DNA of 64,000 nt, taken from positions 16,246,001-16,310,000 of the forward strand of contig NC_087245.1 in NCBI RefSeq assembly GCF_037042905.1. The letters run 5' to 3'. Positions within the stretch are counted from its first letter, which is position 1, and every line of letters starts with the position of its first letter. The stretch is from Lytechinus pictus (taxonomy: Eukaryota). The position numbers were made by a program, and so were the translations under genes. The notes beneath the pieces were generated by a model that saw nothing but the letters and a program-made list of their open reading frames with translations, did not search any database and was not told where the DNA came from. Positions 26,101 to 35,861 of this stretch are shown here, piece by piece.

Positions 26101-29100
26101 TATTTGAATCATTCAAAGCCATTAAATAGATCCATTTAGATAGATGTACCTCATCATCAAATTGAATGAATTGATGCATGATCATCTATTGTGATTCTGT
26201 AATGCAGTAATTACTGCATTACTTTATGAATGTTTTCATTTTTGTATACATGATCACCAAACTTGAATTATTTCATGATTTTCATTTTCCCTCATTCAAA
26301 TCCAAATCTTGTCAGTTTTGATTTGATAGTCATTTAAAAAAATTATACTTAAGATTACTTTGTAAAAATTGAAGTGCATTCAATCTGATTTCATAACATA
26401 AGGATATTTCGTTGTAGATCCTGTTTTATCTAGAAAAAATGCTAGAATATAGTTCTGTATTTATCTTATTAGCTGTTTGTATCAATTCCTTATCCAAGCC
26501 ATTAATAGACTGATATCTAAAACTGTATAGACATGTGAATTAATCATAAATATCTTATCCTGCAATTAGACAAATTAGTTTAAGACATATTGTTCTAAAG
26601 TTTATCTTTTTTATCTTAAGCTGCAAGGCAACTAAAGCAGCATTCTCAAAACTACAGTAGATTAAAATTGTCATTGGTTTTTATATTCCATCCAGTGCAA
26701 GTTTTCAAATAGTTTGTATCATCTATACCTGTACAGTTTATCCCCACGGGTATACTTCTCCATTATAGAAGTGATAGTCTTTCTCTATCTATTATCATTT
26801 CTGCTGGTTATTTGTCTGTCCCTTTAAAGACTGCTTTGTTTTCAATATGCTTAACCACGCCCCTTTCCCCTTGGCGCCAATCTATGTCCTTCCTTAAACC
26901 TCACCAACCCTCCTATCGCACAACCCTAAACTCGACACCTATCCCATATTCGACACCCATCCCATACTTCAGTTATGGATCAAGCTCCCGTGTTCGAGCT
27001 CGAGTTGAAAGACCAGATCGTCATGGAAATGAGTCAGCTGAAGTTGACGTGTACGGTGAACGCCCATCCCAAACCCACGATGACATGGTATCACGGAGAG
27101 AACAAGCTCACCAAAGCTTCTGGAGGCAGTCGAGGAATCCAGATCGGCATTGAGAAGGGCAAGGCTTATCTCACCATACCGAAGATAGGCAAGATAGATG
27201 CTGGACAGTACAAGTGTGTTGCCACAAACAAAGCAGGAACTGCCGAGTCCGTTGCTAATCTTACAGTGGCTGGTAAGTAACTTACTTTTTTAAGACCCCG
27301 TCAACCTTGCGTGATTGGAAAAATGACATCATACCATCGCCCCACCGGTGCAATACATATGAATCAACACTGTTCCAATACGATTTCGACGCAAAACAAA
27401 CGGACCGAAGACTAACTCAGTTTCCAACACTAGACCGACGCAAGACAGACGCCATACCAACGTCATGCTACGCTGTACCAATACCAGATGGACCAAAGAC
27501 TAACTCTGTTTCCAATATCTGACCGACGCAAAACAGACGCCATACCAACGTCGTACTACGCTGTACCATACCAGATGGACCAAAGACTAACTCTGTTTCC
27601 AACATCAGACCGACGCAAGACAGACGCCATACCAACGTCATGCTACGCTGTACCAGTACCAGATGGACCAAAGACTAACTCTGTTTCCAACATCAGACCG
27701 ATGCAAGACAGACGCCATACCAACGTCATACTACGCTGTACCAATACCAGATGGACCAAAGACTAATTATGTTTCCAATATCAGACCGACGCAAGACAGA
27801 CGCCATACCAACGTCAAACTACGCTGTACCAATACCAGGCGGACCAAAGACTAACTCTGTTTCCAACATCAGACCGACGCAAGACAGACGCCATATTAAC
27901 GTCATACTACGCTGTATATACAATACCAGACGGACCAAAGACTGTTTCCAATACAAGTTCGACGCAAGACAGACGCCATACCAACGTCATACTACGCCGT
28001 ACCAGATGGACGCAAGCCATGACCATTCCAACACTGTTTTAGTACCAGACCGACGTAAGACATCAGGCGCTATACCAACGCCATGCCACATGCTTATTGG
28101 CACAGTGTCAGTATGATGCTTTTACAACAGAGCTTCCTGCCTATTCACACTGTAAAAATAACATATTTTTCTGCCCGTTAAATGACAGTTGTCTTGCTAG
28201 TCACTGGGGTGAAATTTTACCAATATTTTAAAGTTTTTTTTTCATAATTGAACATTTCTTGAAATTTTCAGTAAAATATCAACATTTAACGCACTGCATG
28301 ATACTAATGGTTTTTCTCATTTGAAGAGAGCTGAATTGTATAAAATTTTAATCTAACTAATATCCGTCTCTTTCGTGTTATTTTTCTATGTCTTCCCATA
28401 TGTCTGCGAGTCGGCTCTTGAGCATTTTTGCAGTGTGATGATTTCCACTAAAATTATTGTGCTCTTCGCGATCTGCTTAATGTCACCACTACATGGTAAA
28501 ATTGCCGTTTACTGACTATCCAATCAACAAATTCAACATTCTTACTTTTAATTTTGGATTGTGTTATGTTTAGACTAATAACACAAGAATAGCGAGACTG
28601 CAGCGTTCTCAGTTTGCGATGAATATGAATTCTAAATGATAATAATTATGGGAATTACATTTAGATGTACCATGCAATAATGAGATCAAAACTATTTGGA
28701 TAATTAACTATTTTGGGAAGGTACCTTTCTAAAAGAAAATTTCAACAGTTTCAACACTGAGTCGCTTTCCAACAATTGTGGTCCACTTGAATATTGCCTA
28801 ATGAAGGTACCGTATGTATATTTTTTCCTGGTTACGGTTTTGTTATAAAGGAATCCATCCCACATACAGGAAATGTATCGGGGGGACCGAGACGCATTAT
28901 GTGAAAGTTTGGAGAGAAAAAAATCAGAAGATATTGCAGTTGTGAATTTGTTAATGTTTCATGAATAATTCATCTGATATTTTGTTTTAAAATTGGGTTC
29001 AGATTTCTTTCTACTATCTATGACTAAGTTGCCCACTTCATATCCGTTCAATTGTTGGAACGGTGAATTGATTGATTAAAGATATTTCAACGTCAATATC

Positions 29101-32100
29101 AAGGACTAATACGTTGAAAGACATTGTTAAATAATACACAAAAGTTTGATCAAAAGTGCTTTAAAAACAAGTAGTTAAAACGACTGGGGTAAATTAAAAT
29201 CATAAATACATATAAATGTAATATTCAAGTCAGAAGTTACTGTGATACGGTTTACGACTACACTGATACAGTATCTTTTTTTTTTAATGAGTATAATTCA
29301 CAAAGCTAACCCTTTTATTCATACTTTCTTAGTTGTTTTAAGAGTGATATTTTTAGTACAGAGGGACAGGAGCCACAGAACCCCTCTTTCAAGGACCTAA
29401 CCATAATCAATGCCTATTTTCATAGCTGTGCCTGAGGCTCCATCTCGTCCTAAGATCCCACTGGTGTCGGCCCACGAAGCATTCGTCTCCTGGAAGATGA
29501 ACCACCCCCCTAAGAAGGATGATCTAGAGGGTTATCTACTACAATGTAGAAAAGCAGGTAAGGTTATTAATCTATCACGGGGTGGGTGCCATATTGGGCA
29601 AGGGGTTGACAGCTCCATCCTGTATTTTTGACTAGCGATTAGCCCTGACAAGACGATAGATTTATTGCAAGAGAAGGGCTGGGCAGCCCGGAATTAACCA
29701 GAAAAATACAAGCAGAAATCCTGATTACATTCCTCCACAGCATTTTACAGGATTTTATTTAAGTTTCTTCCTAAAGAGAATTATAACAATGTTAGCAATA
29801 TAGAATACAAAATATGGCATGGATTATATGGATGGTCATACATTTCTAATGCTATTTCTAATACCTCTTGTGCTCTTTTCCTGATGTTTTAATGCTAAAT
29901 GAAAACCATTAAAGTTAACATTTCAACATAATTATTATTATTATTATTTGTTTGGCGTCACATGTGCCTGGGAGGCGAAAAGCGAACTGAATCACTATGA
30001 CCCGCAGGTCTCTCCTGATATAACTGATTGGGGGAGTGCAGGTGGACCACTACACCGGGGTTTCCCCCTACTCTTATACGAATAGTGACTCTTCTCTTCT
30101 CTACACGGGACCTCCATTAACGTCCTATCCGTTAATGGAGTTTATAACGAGTTAACACATTCTCCTCTTTCTCTCTTTTTCAGGTGATAAACAGTGGCTT
30201 GTTGTATCCAATGTAATCAAAGATTGCAACTTTCATGTGAAATCTCTGAGCCCCGAGAATGAGTATCGTTTCCGAGTGGCCTGCGGCACCCCTCATGGAT
30301 GCGGTCCTTTCAGCAAGTCTTCTGTGCAATTTAAAACACTCCCGGAAGGTAATGATAGGAGGAAGAAATTGAATATGAAGATTGTGTCTGGTGATGATGA
30401 TGATGACATTGATGATGATGATGATGTTGATGACGATGACGATGATAATGATGTCGTTGATAATGGTGGTGGTAAAGAGGAGGGGAAGAAAAGTAAGGTG
30501 ATGGTGACGATGATGATTATCATCATGAATAAGGAGAAGAGGAAGAGGAAAAACAAGAACAAGGAGAAGAGCACGAAGAAGAAGGGAGGGGAGGGTGAGG
30601 CGAATAAAAAGAAGAGGAAGTAAATTGAAAGATATACGTATGATTCTACGATAGCACACTTATTAGTAATCGGTATATGTGGCTGACTAGCAACTGTCTG
30701 ATTTTGACGTCAAACATGAATGGGGTAAAGAGACGTAATATTTCGTGAAACAATAGCAAACAAACCAACCCCTTATAAAACATTTACTTTTCATTCACAG
30801 GAGCTGATGCCTTGAACATGGAATCCATCACAAAGTTACAGCACTCGAGAACGAGATCGTTGTCGAGAGAGAGGCATAACTCCCGTGACGAGGTCCTGTC
30901 CGAGCTCATTGATGATGAGGATCTTGGTCCTTTGGACTTGTCTCTCAAATCATCCGTGATGCCTCAGAAGATTTATGAGATGCAGGAGGAAATTGGAAGG
31001 TAATAGCATACCGTTCAACTGCCTTACTGATCAACACGATCCGGGTCGATCAATTTATCTGTTTTCCTGATCTATATACATGTAGCTCAGCAACGTGATA
31101 TGGGTCACTATACCTTGATCCATACCAGTCTGCCTTGATTTGGATTTTCAGCAGTATTTTGGCTATGTTCAAAACGCTCAGAAGCCGAGCAAAGTTGATC
31201 AGTGAAGACCAACCGTCATCAAGGCAGGTTGACCATGTTGACCACGATCATGTTGTGATGCTAAATCATCCAGGCCCGACGTGCATTTGACCTAGGGCTT
31301 GATCGCATTGACAAATAGGCAGTGGACTCATATACATCTTTTTTGTTAAGATTTGTCGTGTAGCAGACCGACAAATTGTGTTACAGCAGAAGTAGGGATA
31401 AAAATGAACAGTATTTAAGTTAGCCTGCAAGCAAATATAATCTGGGATGGGGTATATGCTTAAAAGTTGACAGATCGAAGACAAAATGTAAACTGTATAG
31501 TATTTCGGAAGTGTATGGTCAAAGTTGAATTTTATGAAGAGATATTTGAAAATGGTAATAACGAAAAATGAAAAAAAAAAGTGTATTCGCGCTGAAAGGA
31601 CTGGTCTCATGACATTTCAAATAATTTGCGAATTTCTGATAATTTCTGGGTCAGATCTCTGCCTATCTGTGTAACGTCAGGCTTTATTCCTGGTGGGTGT
31701 TTCATAAAGCTGTTCGTAAGATACAAATGACTTTACGCACGACTGGTGATCCTTTCTTGTGCTTTGTGACATATAGCCCTATGTAATTGATTTTGACCTA
31801 AGAACATGTTCCATTTCCATTTTTTTCTTCATTTTTTCATTAAAGTCGTGCGTAACTTTACGAACAGCTTTTTGAAACACCCACCTGCTCATTTGTAACC
31901 CAGAACAGATTGTGACTTCAACTGACTGATTTCCAGGTCAATCTGACCAGTTTTCTTGGAAAGTGTATGAGAAACACTGAATTATTGTTGATTCATTTCA
32001 GAGGAAGATATTCGGTGGTGATGAGGTGCCGGAAGGTAGCAACCTGCAAGGAATATGCTGTCAAGATCCTAGCACACAACAAAAAGACGCAAGATAAATG

Positions 32101-32387
32101 TCTGGCAGAGTATGAGCTTCTGAGGGAACTATCCCACCCCCACATCCTACAGCTCCGAGAAGCTTTCCTAACGAACAGGCACGTCATGTTGGTCACTGAG
32201 CGCTACTACGGAGGAACAGTGCTGAAGTATCTGACCAAGGAAGATACATACACCGAGTCTACAGTGGTCAGAATAGTTGCCCAGGTGAGCCCCCACCCCC
32301 CTCTTTGATTAAAAAAGGTATGGCGTATAAAATGCTAAGAACCAATCAAAACCCCCCAAACCAAAATGTGCAATATGCCCCCCCCCC

Positions 32388-32426
<39 letters not shown>

Positions 32427-35400
32427 TGGCAAGTTGACTTTATGTCGAGCAAATCATGACACTAAGGTTGATTTTCATATCTAACTATATCTATCTTTTC
32501 CACAGGTTTTAGATGCCCTTGAACACCTTCATATGATGAACGTGGTCTATCTCGACCTCCGACACGACAACCTTCTCATGGAAAGTCGAAGAAAGGATGT
32601 CGTTAGGCTAATCGACTTCGGGTCATGTCGGGTCATCCAAAAAGATGGCGGAAACAAGATGAAAGGCATTGATGTTCTACCCGAATTCATGGGTTCGTAG
32701 TCAGACATAATATTCCCTTTTTTGTATTTTTATTCCACTTGCGTTTTCTCGTTGCTATGCTGTCTCTAATTTCCCATGTGAATTTTAAGTCAATTTTCCT
32801 TGGTATTTCCATTAATTTAAAATTAGTATACGTTTTGATATAATGTGGAGGGGCAAGGAGGGTCCTACATCTGTCGGGGGGGGGGGGGGGGCTAAAGACG
32901 ACTTCCCTATATGACTTTTCAAGTGAGTACTTAAAACGATAGGAAGAAAAGAAAATAGGAAGAAAAAGTATGGGAAATAATTTAATTAGATCTTATTTCA
33001 ACAAATGAAATTTGATAAATCTTCGGATCACCTTGCCTTCTAAATGACCTGAACGCAACTCCGGGTAATGAACACTATTATTTCATAATCATGTGATCAA
33101 TAAACTTAAAAGATCGCATGCGATGAGAGAGGAATTGCCAGATTTTGTTTAACATGTTGAAGGTTCCTTTACCAAACATTGTAGTTATCAGTAATCATCC
33201 GTGATAAGTTTTAATGAATTTTCTTACTGACGTTTTTCTCTATTTATCATAGCTCCTGAGCTAGCTGCCAAGGGAGGGTCAATAGACTATGAAACAGACA
33301 TATGGCCGTTAGGAGTCATGGTGTTTACATGGTATGTGTTCTTAGATTTTGTAAGTGAAATGACGTTGCTTGCCATTGATTTGTCATTGTTTAGCATTTC
33401 TGTATGGTATAATTGTCTGTTGGGGCGATTCGGTTCTGGATCAGGAAACGAGCTAGAAAACCTGGCTACAAATCATCAGGACCATATTCTGAATCATTTT
33501 TTTATTATTATTATTTTTTTAATATTTCGTTCGGGTTTATTGACCTGGAATAAAAGTGCCCCTCAGAGACATAATCAATCTTTCGTAGATATTTAAGATA
33601 GTGTTCTTTGCGGATTAATTTGCATAAATATATTATTCTTAGTCTTTCGAGCCAATGTCGGTGTAGTAATAATAATGGTGGATTCTTTTATAGCTCACAC
33701 ATCCGTCAGGCATGACGTTTATGGCGCTATGTACAATCATAAAAATGACATAAATAAATAGGAATGTGGTTAATTGTAGTGGCTAGGCCTCTCTGATTAA
33801 ACCAGGTGTTTAATAGATCTCTTAGAAGCCACCCTTCTTGATTAATACTGACTATCATTGTCTTCACCATCAGTCCATCCCCGTCATCATTATGATCATC
33901 ATCATCATCATAATTGCGTCATCTTGATTTCCTTTACTGTTGGTGACATGATCATAATTGAGTCACTTCATTTTTCAAAGTATTTCTCAAATACCATTGC
34001 ATGTATTATGTCACTTTAAGGCCTGCAGATCAATATCTTGTTCAAGACAATCGAACCTACAATTGGCGCTTTCAAATTGGAGTATACTTTAACCAATGAG
34101 CTACACCATATTGGCTACGGCACCATGCAAAACGACATAACATGCCTTTCTACATGAAACATCCTATATAATGTACAACATTTTTCCATGTAGGCTGAGT
34201 GGTACCTCCCCGTTCTTGGGTCGTAATCAAGAGAAGACAATCTACAACATCACAAGGATGAAATACAATATAAGCAGTCTCTTCCCGAACGTGAGTCCCG
34301 AGGCCAAGGCATTCCTTCAAGCCATCTTCAAGGAAAAGCCAATGTAAGAATTTGTATTTTACTGACTGCTAAGAAAGCATAAATGTCTTTAAGCAAATAT
34401 AAAGCAACAACAATACCGATTAAAAGGTCGGCCTGGGGTCCTGGGCATGATGATAAATGCTTGTTTTCATGGGCGGAAATCCCAGGGGGGACGTATCCCC
34501 CCTACTCAAAAATAGTAGGGGGGACACAATATCAAATGTCCCCCCTACTATTTAAGGTGTTTTATGATGGTAAGAAATACACCATTCAAAATCGAAGTAA
34601 AACATGTATTTTAGGACGAGATATCCTTACTTTTGGAATGATAATCATTTTTTTTTTTTTTTTTGCTTGTCAAATTTATTTTCGTCGAAATGACCTTAAA
34701 TTTTGGGTGATAACCTCTTTTTTTTTTTTGCTTGTCAAATTTTTCACCCCCTTTGCCCCCCACCTTTTGGGAGAGATTTCCGCCCCTGCTTGTTTTTATT
34801 CCAAATGACCACCGATTGTTAATTTAGTTTTGAACACGACTTAAAGTCATGTTGTGCTTATGAGGATAGCTGCCCGATTACCTAAGGATATAACCGCATG
34901 GACTTGGTGTCAATCCTGGCCGCCAGATAGATAGACTGCCACTCAATTGCACCTACCATCTTTTTCATTTAAAGGATCATATTGTTCGTACTGAAATCAT
35001 GCTATGATGATTATTTTGTAAAGGTAAATAGTTTAATGGCATTTGTTTTGACTTTGGGTGATACCAAAACATAAATAGCAATGTCCTCATGTGAGTCTAA
35101 ATCAGGCCTAGCAATGGCTTGTTCGGAGTTGTTAATGATATTTGTAGTTCTTTCTGTTATCATAATGAGCATTATCTTTTTAATAATTCAGTTACCCTAT
35201 CATACAAATTTTGCTAAAACATTGTTGTATCATTCGACATTGTATACTTAACTTCAAATTTTTTTGGATATGTAACCAATTTATTTGTCGTACTTGTGAA
35301 ATATGCTTTATTTTCATTATCCTACAACAAATATATATATTTTTAGACAAATTTCTTAAGTGATGCACCGTATCCATACTTGGTTGATACAATTTTCGAG

Positions 35401-35655
35401 CACATTACACTCGTATATTTATATATCTTCTAACTTTTATTTTTATTTTCTAGTGACCGGCCAACCGTAGCTGATTGTCTGGAGCACAACTGGGTGAAGA
35501 GCATTAACAAGCCAGGATCAGCCCAGTCTAGGTCTTTCCCAGTCACTAAGCTCGCCAACTACAGGACTCAATTCCTGGCTCGAATGCTACAGAACAACAC
35601 ATTGGACAACGTCTCATTGAGAACGTATGGCAGTGAAGAGTCCGACGACTCATAA
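1825..35655 (+). CDS. Obscurin/SPEG/UNC-89-like dual serine/threonine kinase (MLCK family), 5'-partial, 19 coding exons
   Basis: Exons 1825-2109, 2916-3197, 3730-3814, 4128-4328, 14407-14545, 15319-15518, 17388-17540, 18404-18449, 19834-19911, 20480-20756, 26973-27272, 29426-29557, 30184-30348, 30801-30999, 32002-32284, 32506-32692, 33253-33331, 34194-34343, 35454-35655. All have AG/GT boundaries and matching phases, and join to 3443 nt without an internal stop. The order Ig-Ig-kinase-linker-Ig-Fn3-kinase is the obscurin/SPEG/UNC-89 C-terminal architecture. The first exon starts in phase 1, so the gene begins further upstream. Confidence 0.88.
2916..3197 (+). CDS. Exon: I-set Ig domain
   Basis: catag|AG...ACAA|gtaagt; APHF...IRLEC...GIPEPEVIWSKDG...DCGEYTLEASNIAG; phase 1-1. 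Confidence 0.93.
3730..3814 (+). CDS. Exon: linker and start of kinase 1
   Basis: attag|GT...GGAAG|gtaagg; GPDGYRRVFIKKDIIVEDEYELLAELGR; too short for the ORF track. Confidence 0.88.
4128..4328 (+). CDS. Exon: kinase 1 N-lobe
   Basis: ttttcag|A...GAAAT|gtatccttt; GAYGVV, CAIK, alphaC Glu, HKRLIKLFDAYE. Confidence 0.93.
4882..7843. mobile_element. Non-autonomous DNA transposon, Kolobok-like, with internal tandem array
   Basis: TTAA|GGACGTTCCACAGTTA ... TAACTGTGGAATGTCC|TTAA: 16-bp TIR with one mismatch, flanking TTAA at 4878-4881 and 7844-7847, purine-purine terminus; no transposase ORF. Confidence 0.8.
5750..7400. repeat. Tandem repeat, unit about 225-235 bp, about 7 copies
   Basis: Marker GCACATGGACCC (or close variant) recurs near 5920, 6154, 6388, 6622, 6848, 7071 and 7295. 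Confidence 0.9.
8589..9126. mobile_element. Palindromic MITE, Tc1/mariner-like
   Basis: TA|CCGTGTGAGTAAAAAA...TTTTTAGTCACACAG|TA; the two halves are reverse complements over most of their length. Confidence 0.75.
10420..10770. repeat. Compound tetranucleotide microsatellite (GAAT)n(GAGT)n(GAAT)n(GGAT)n
   Basis: Read directly from the sequence. Confidence 0.97.
13510..13749 (-). mobile_element. tRNA-derived SINE
   Basis: Minus strand begins GGTCGTGTGGTCCAGTGGTTAGAGCATTGGACTCATAATCGCAAGGTTGTGAGTTCGAATCCC (Pol III A and B boxes) and continues into a non-tRNA body; 3' end approximate. Confidence 0.7.
14407..14545 (+). CDS. Exon: kinase 1 hinge to catalytic loop
   Basis: VTGGELFERIV...MHDRNIVHLDLK|gtaagt. 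Confidence 0.95.
15319..15518 (+). CDS. Exon: kinase 1 DFG to APE region
   Basis: caccag|PENILL...IKLIDFG...FGTPEFVAPE...DVWGVGVIAYIL|gtaagt. Confidence 0.95.
17388..17540 (+). CDS. Exon: kinase 1 C-lobe
   Basis: tttcag|LSGISPFAGEDDRQTLLNV...WDDISDEAQDFI...|gtgagt. Confidence 0.93.
18404..18449 (+). CDS. Exon: kinase 1 end
   Basis: ttctag|EKRPGLKEVSEHPWLK|gtatga. Confidence 0.88.
19834..19911 (+). CDS. Exon: autoinhibitory segment
   Basis: ttgtag|FDERQDLGAKISLDRLRTFNSRRKWR|gtgaga. Confidence 0.88.
20120..20270 (-). mobile_element. Degenerate tRNA-derived SINE fragment
   Basis: Minus strand GGTGTGTTGGCTCAATTGGTAGAGCGTC (A-box head); layout similar to the element at 51460-51590. Confidence 0.45.
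20480..20794 (+). CDS. Composite exon: CaM-binding helix and Ser-rich linker; internal donor after 20756 or stop at 20792-20794
   Basis: cacag|KALTAVKSAMRLRRLSS...; CAG|gtagac after 20756 is phase 1 and matches the acceptor at 26973; the frame otherwise ends at TAA. Confidence 0.85.
   Translation, partial: KALTAVKSAMRLRRLSSLGSNLKKAAIEHTSGQQSSTSSSPATPDSASSAGSDVFSEDNTTKYGNLLSPTSCETIVESINEEGAVGGEGSETGRRRGAWNTYRH
21462..21467 (+). terminator. Candidate intronic polyadenylation signal for the one-kinase isoform
   Basis: AATAAA followed by a GT-rich tract (TGTGTT...TTGGTGTATTTGGGTTTGTT). Confidence 0.55.
22127..23053 (+). CDS. Intronless 308-aa Ser-rich protein with a C-terminal transmembrane helix (unknown function), nested in an intron
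   Basis: 927-nt open frame, more GC-rich than its flanks and not a tandem repeat; C-terminus FIVGLLVGIAIAVFIRILLAI then TDYICSR*; in-frame TAA at 22121-22123 precedes the ATG. Confidence 0.7.
   Translation: MIGVTMERKKSNSGENMADCYKSLPNRDFENNNGGTSGRPYPLLSRPSKLSFATNLHSITESEGSRSAEQVNDDWEIEKDLTEEVFSRSGSDTSSLVSTPRSPYGLRNFSQLSSESMEDMDMGRSEPMQPMSQDPDIMAARRSSVRNRRSGFAFHFGDKAVPANAFVNTEENCQAPKMLSVNEMMMKIGSGKSPNESSASMPAKESPPVSCVSPTLDPQRKESLRKAGAGPQRFSLVGLRKVSSSEIEEDLNFLHCLGDSRLHLTLYERIALLWFDSRGRFIVGLLVGIAIAVFIRILLAITDYICSR
23885..24328 (+). mobile_element. Helentron/DINE-1-like non-autonomous element
   Basis: Subterminal inverted repeats TACGCCCG...CGGGCGTA, (GTCC/GTCT) microsatellite near the 5' end, internal duplication, 3' hairpin GTGCTCACCTTAGCGACAC then CTTGTT, T-rich flanks. 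Confidence 0.65.
26973..27272 (+). CDS. Exon: inter-kinase I-set Ig domain
   Basis: cttcag|...DQAPVFELELKD...LTC...PKPTMTWY...DAGQYKCVATNKAG...|gtaagt. Confidence 0.93.
27390..28080. repeat. Minisatellite, unit about 88 bp, about 7 copies
   Basis: GGACCAAAGACTAAC...GACCGACGCAAGACAGACGCCATACCAACGTC; unit marker at about 27487, 27574, 27662, 27750 and 27838. Confidence 0.93.
29426..29557 (+). CDS. Exon: Fn3 domain, first half
   Basis: catag|AVPEAPSRP...FVSWK...EGYLLQCRKA|gtaagg. Confidence 0.9.
30184..30348 (+). CDS. Exon: Fn3 domain, second half
   Basis: tttcag|GDKQWLVV...VKSLSPENEYRFRVAC...GPFS...KTLPE|gtaatg. Confidence 0.9.
30390..30620. repeat. (GAT)n and GA-rich low-complexity tract
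   Basis: Read directly; lies after the splice donor at 30349. Confidence 0.85.
30801..30999 (+). CDS. Exon: linker and start of kinase 2
   Basis: tcacag|GADALNME...YEMQEEIGR|gtaata; phase 1-2. Confidence 0.88.
31692..31885. mobile_element. MITE, same family as 54061-54240
   Basis: TIR GGTGGGTGTTTCATAAAGCTGTTCGTAAG ... TTACGAACAGCTTTTTGAAACACCCACC. Confidence 0.8.
32002..32284 (+). CDS. Exon: kinase 2 N-lobe
   Basis: tttcag|RGRYSVV...YAVK...EYELLRELSHPHILQL...IVAQ|gtgagc. Confidence 0.93.
32506..32692 (+). CDS. Exon: kinase 2 catalytic loop and DFG
   Basis: ccacag|VLDALEHLHMMNVVYLDLRHDNLLM...RLIDFGS...LPEFM|gttcgt. Confidence 0.9.
33253..33331 (+). CDS. Exon: kinase 2 APE to alphaF
   Basis: catag|APELAAKGGSIDYETDIWPLGVMVFTW|gtatgt. 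Confidence 0.9.
34194..34343 (+). CDS. Exon: kinase 2 C-lobe
   Basis: atgtag|LSGTSPFLGRNQEKTIYNI...VSPEAKAFLQAIF...|gtaaga. Confidence 0.9.
34468..34788. mobile_element. hAT-type MITE
   Basis: TIR CATGGGCGGAAATC...GATTTCCGCCCCTG; exact 8-bp TSD CTTGTTTT at 34460-34467 and 34789-34796. Confidence 0.88.
35454..35655 (+). CDS. Terminal exon: kinase 2 end and C-terminal tail
   Basis: ttctag|DRPTVADCLEHNWV...YGSEESDDS*. Confidence 0.9.
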
Positions 35656-35855
35656 TGGTACCTCTGACTAATACCATAAACATTCACTTGATTTATGTAA
35701 TATAAGATTTTAATTCTTAGGATTTATCAACCACGATGAGTACTCATTTTGTGTGAATATATATTTTATCGGTGTTTGAGAAGTTGAGATGACATTTTAA
35801 AGGAAAAAAGTACTCTTAAATGTTGTGCCGTGTTTTGATGAGGTTCGTGTATCTC

Positions 35856-35861
35856 AATAAA
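35856..35861 (+). terminator. Polyadenylation signal of the dual-kinase gene
   Basis: AATAAA 200 nt after the stop, followed by GT-rich TTTGTGGTTG. Confidence 0.65.

Noticed and set aside
27390..28116. Regular repeats and overlapping repetitive ORFs, considered as a CRISPR array or repeat protein
   Set aside because: Units are contiguous with no unique spacers, the context is a eukaryotic intron, and the ORFs shift frame with each 88-bp unit.
30349..30623. Asp/Lys-rich extension of the Fn3 ORF
   Set aside because: Lies past the donor at 30349 and is a translated (GAT)n/GA-rich microsatellite.
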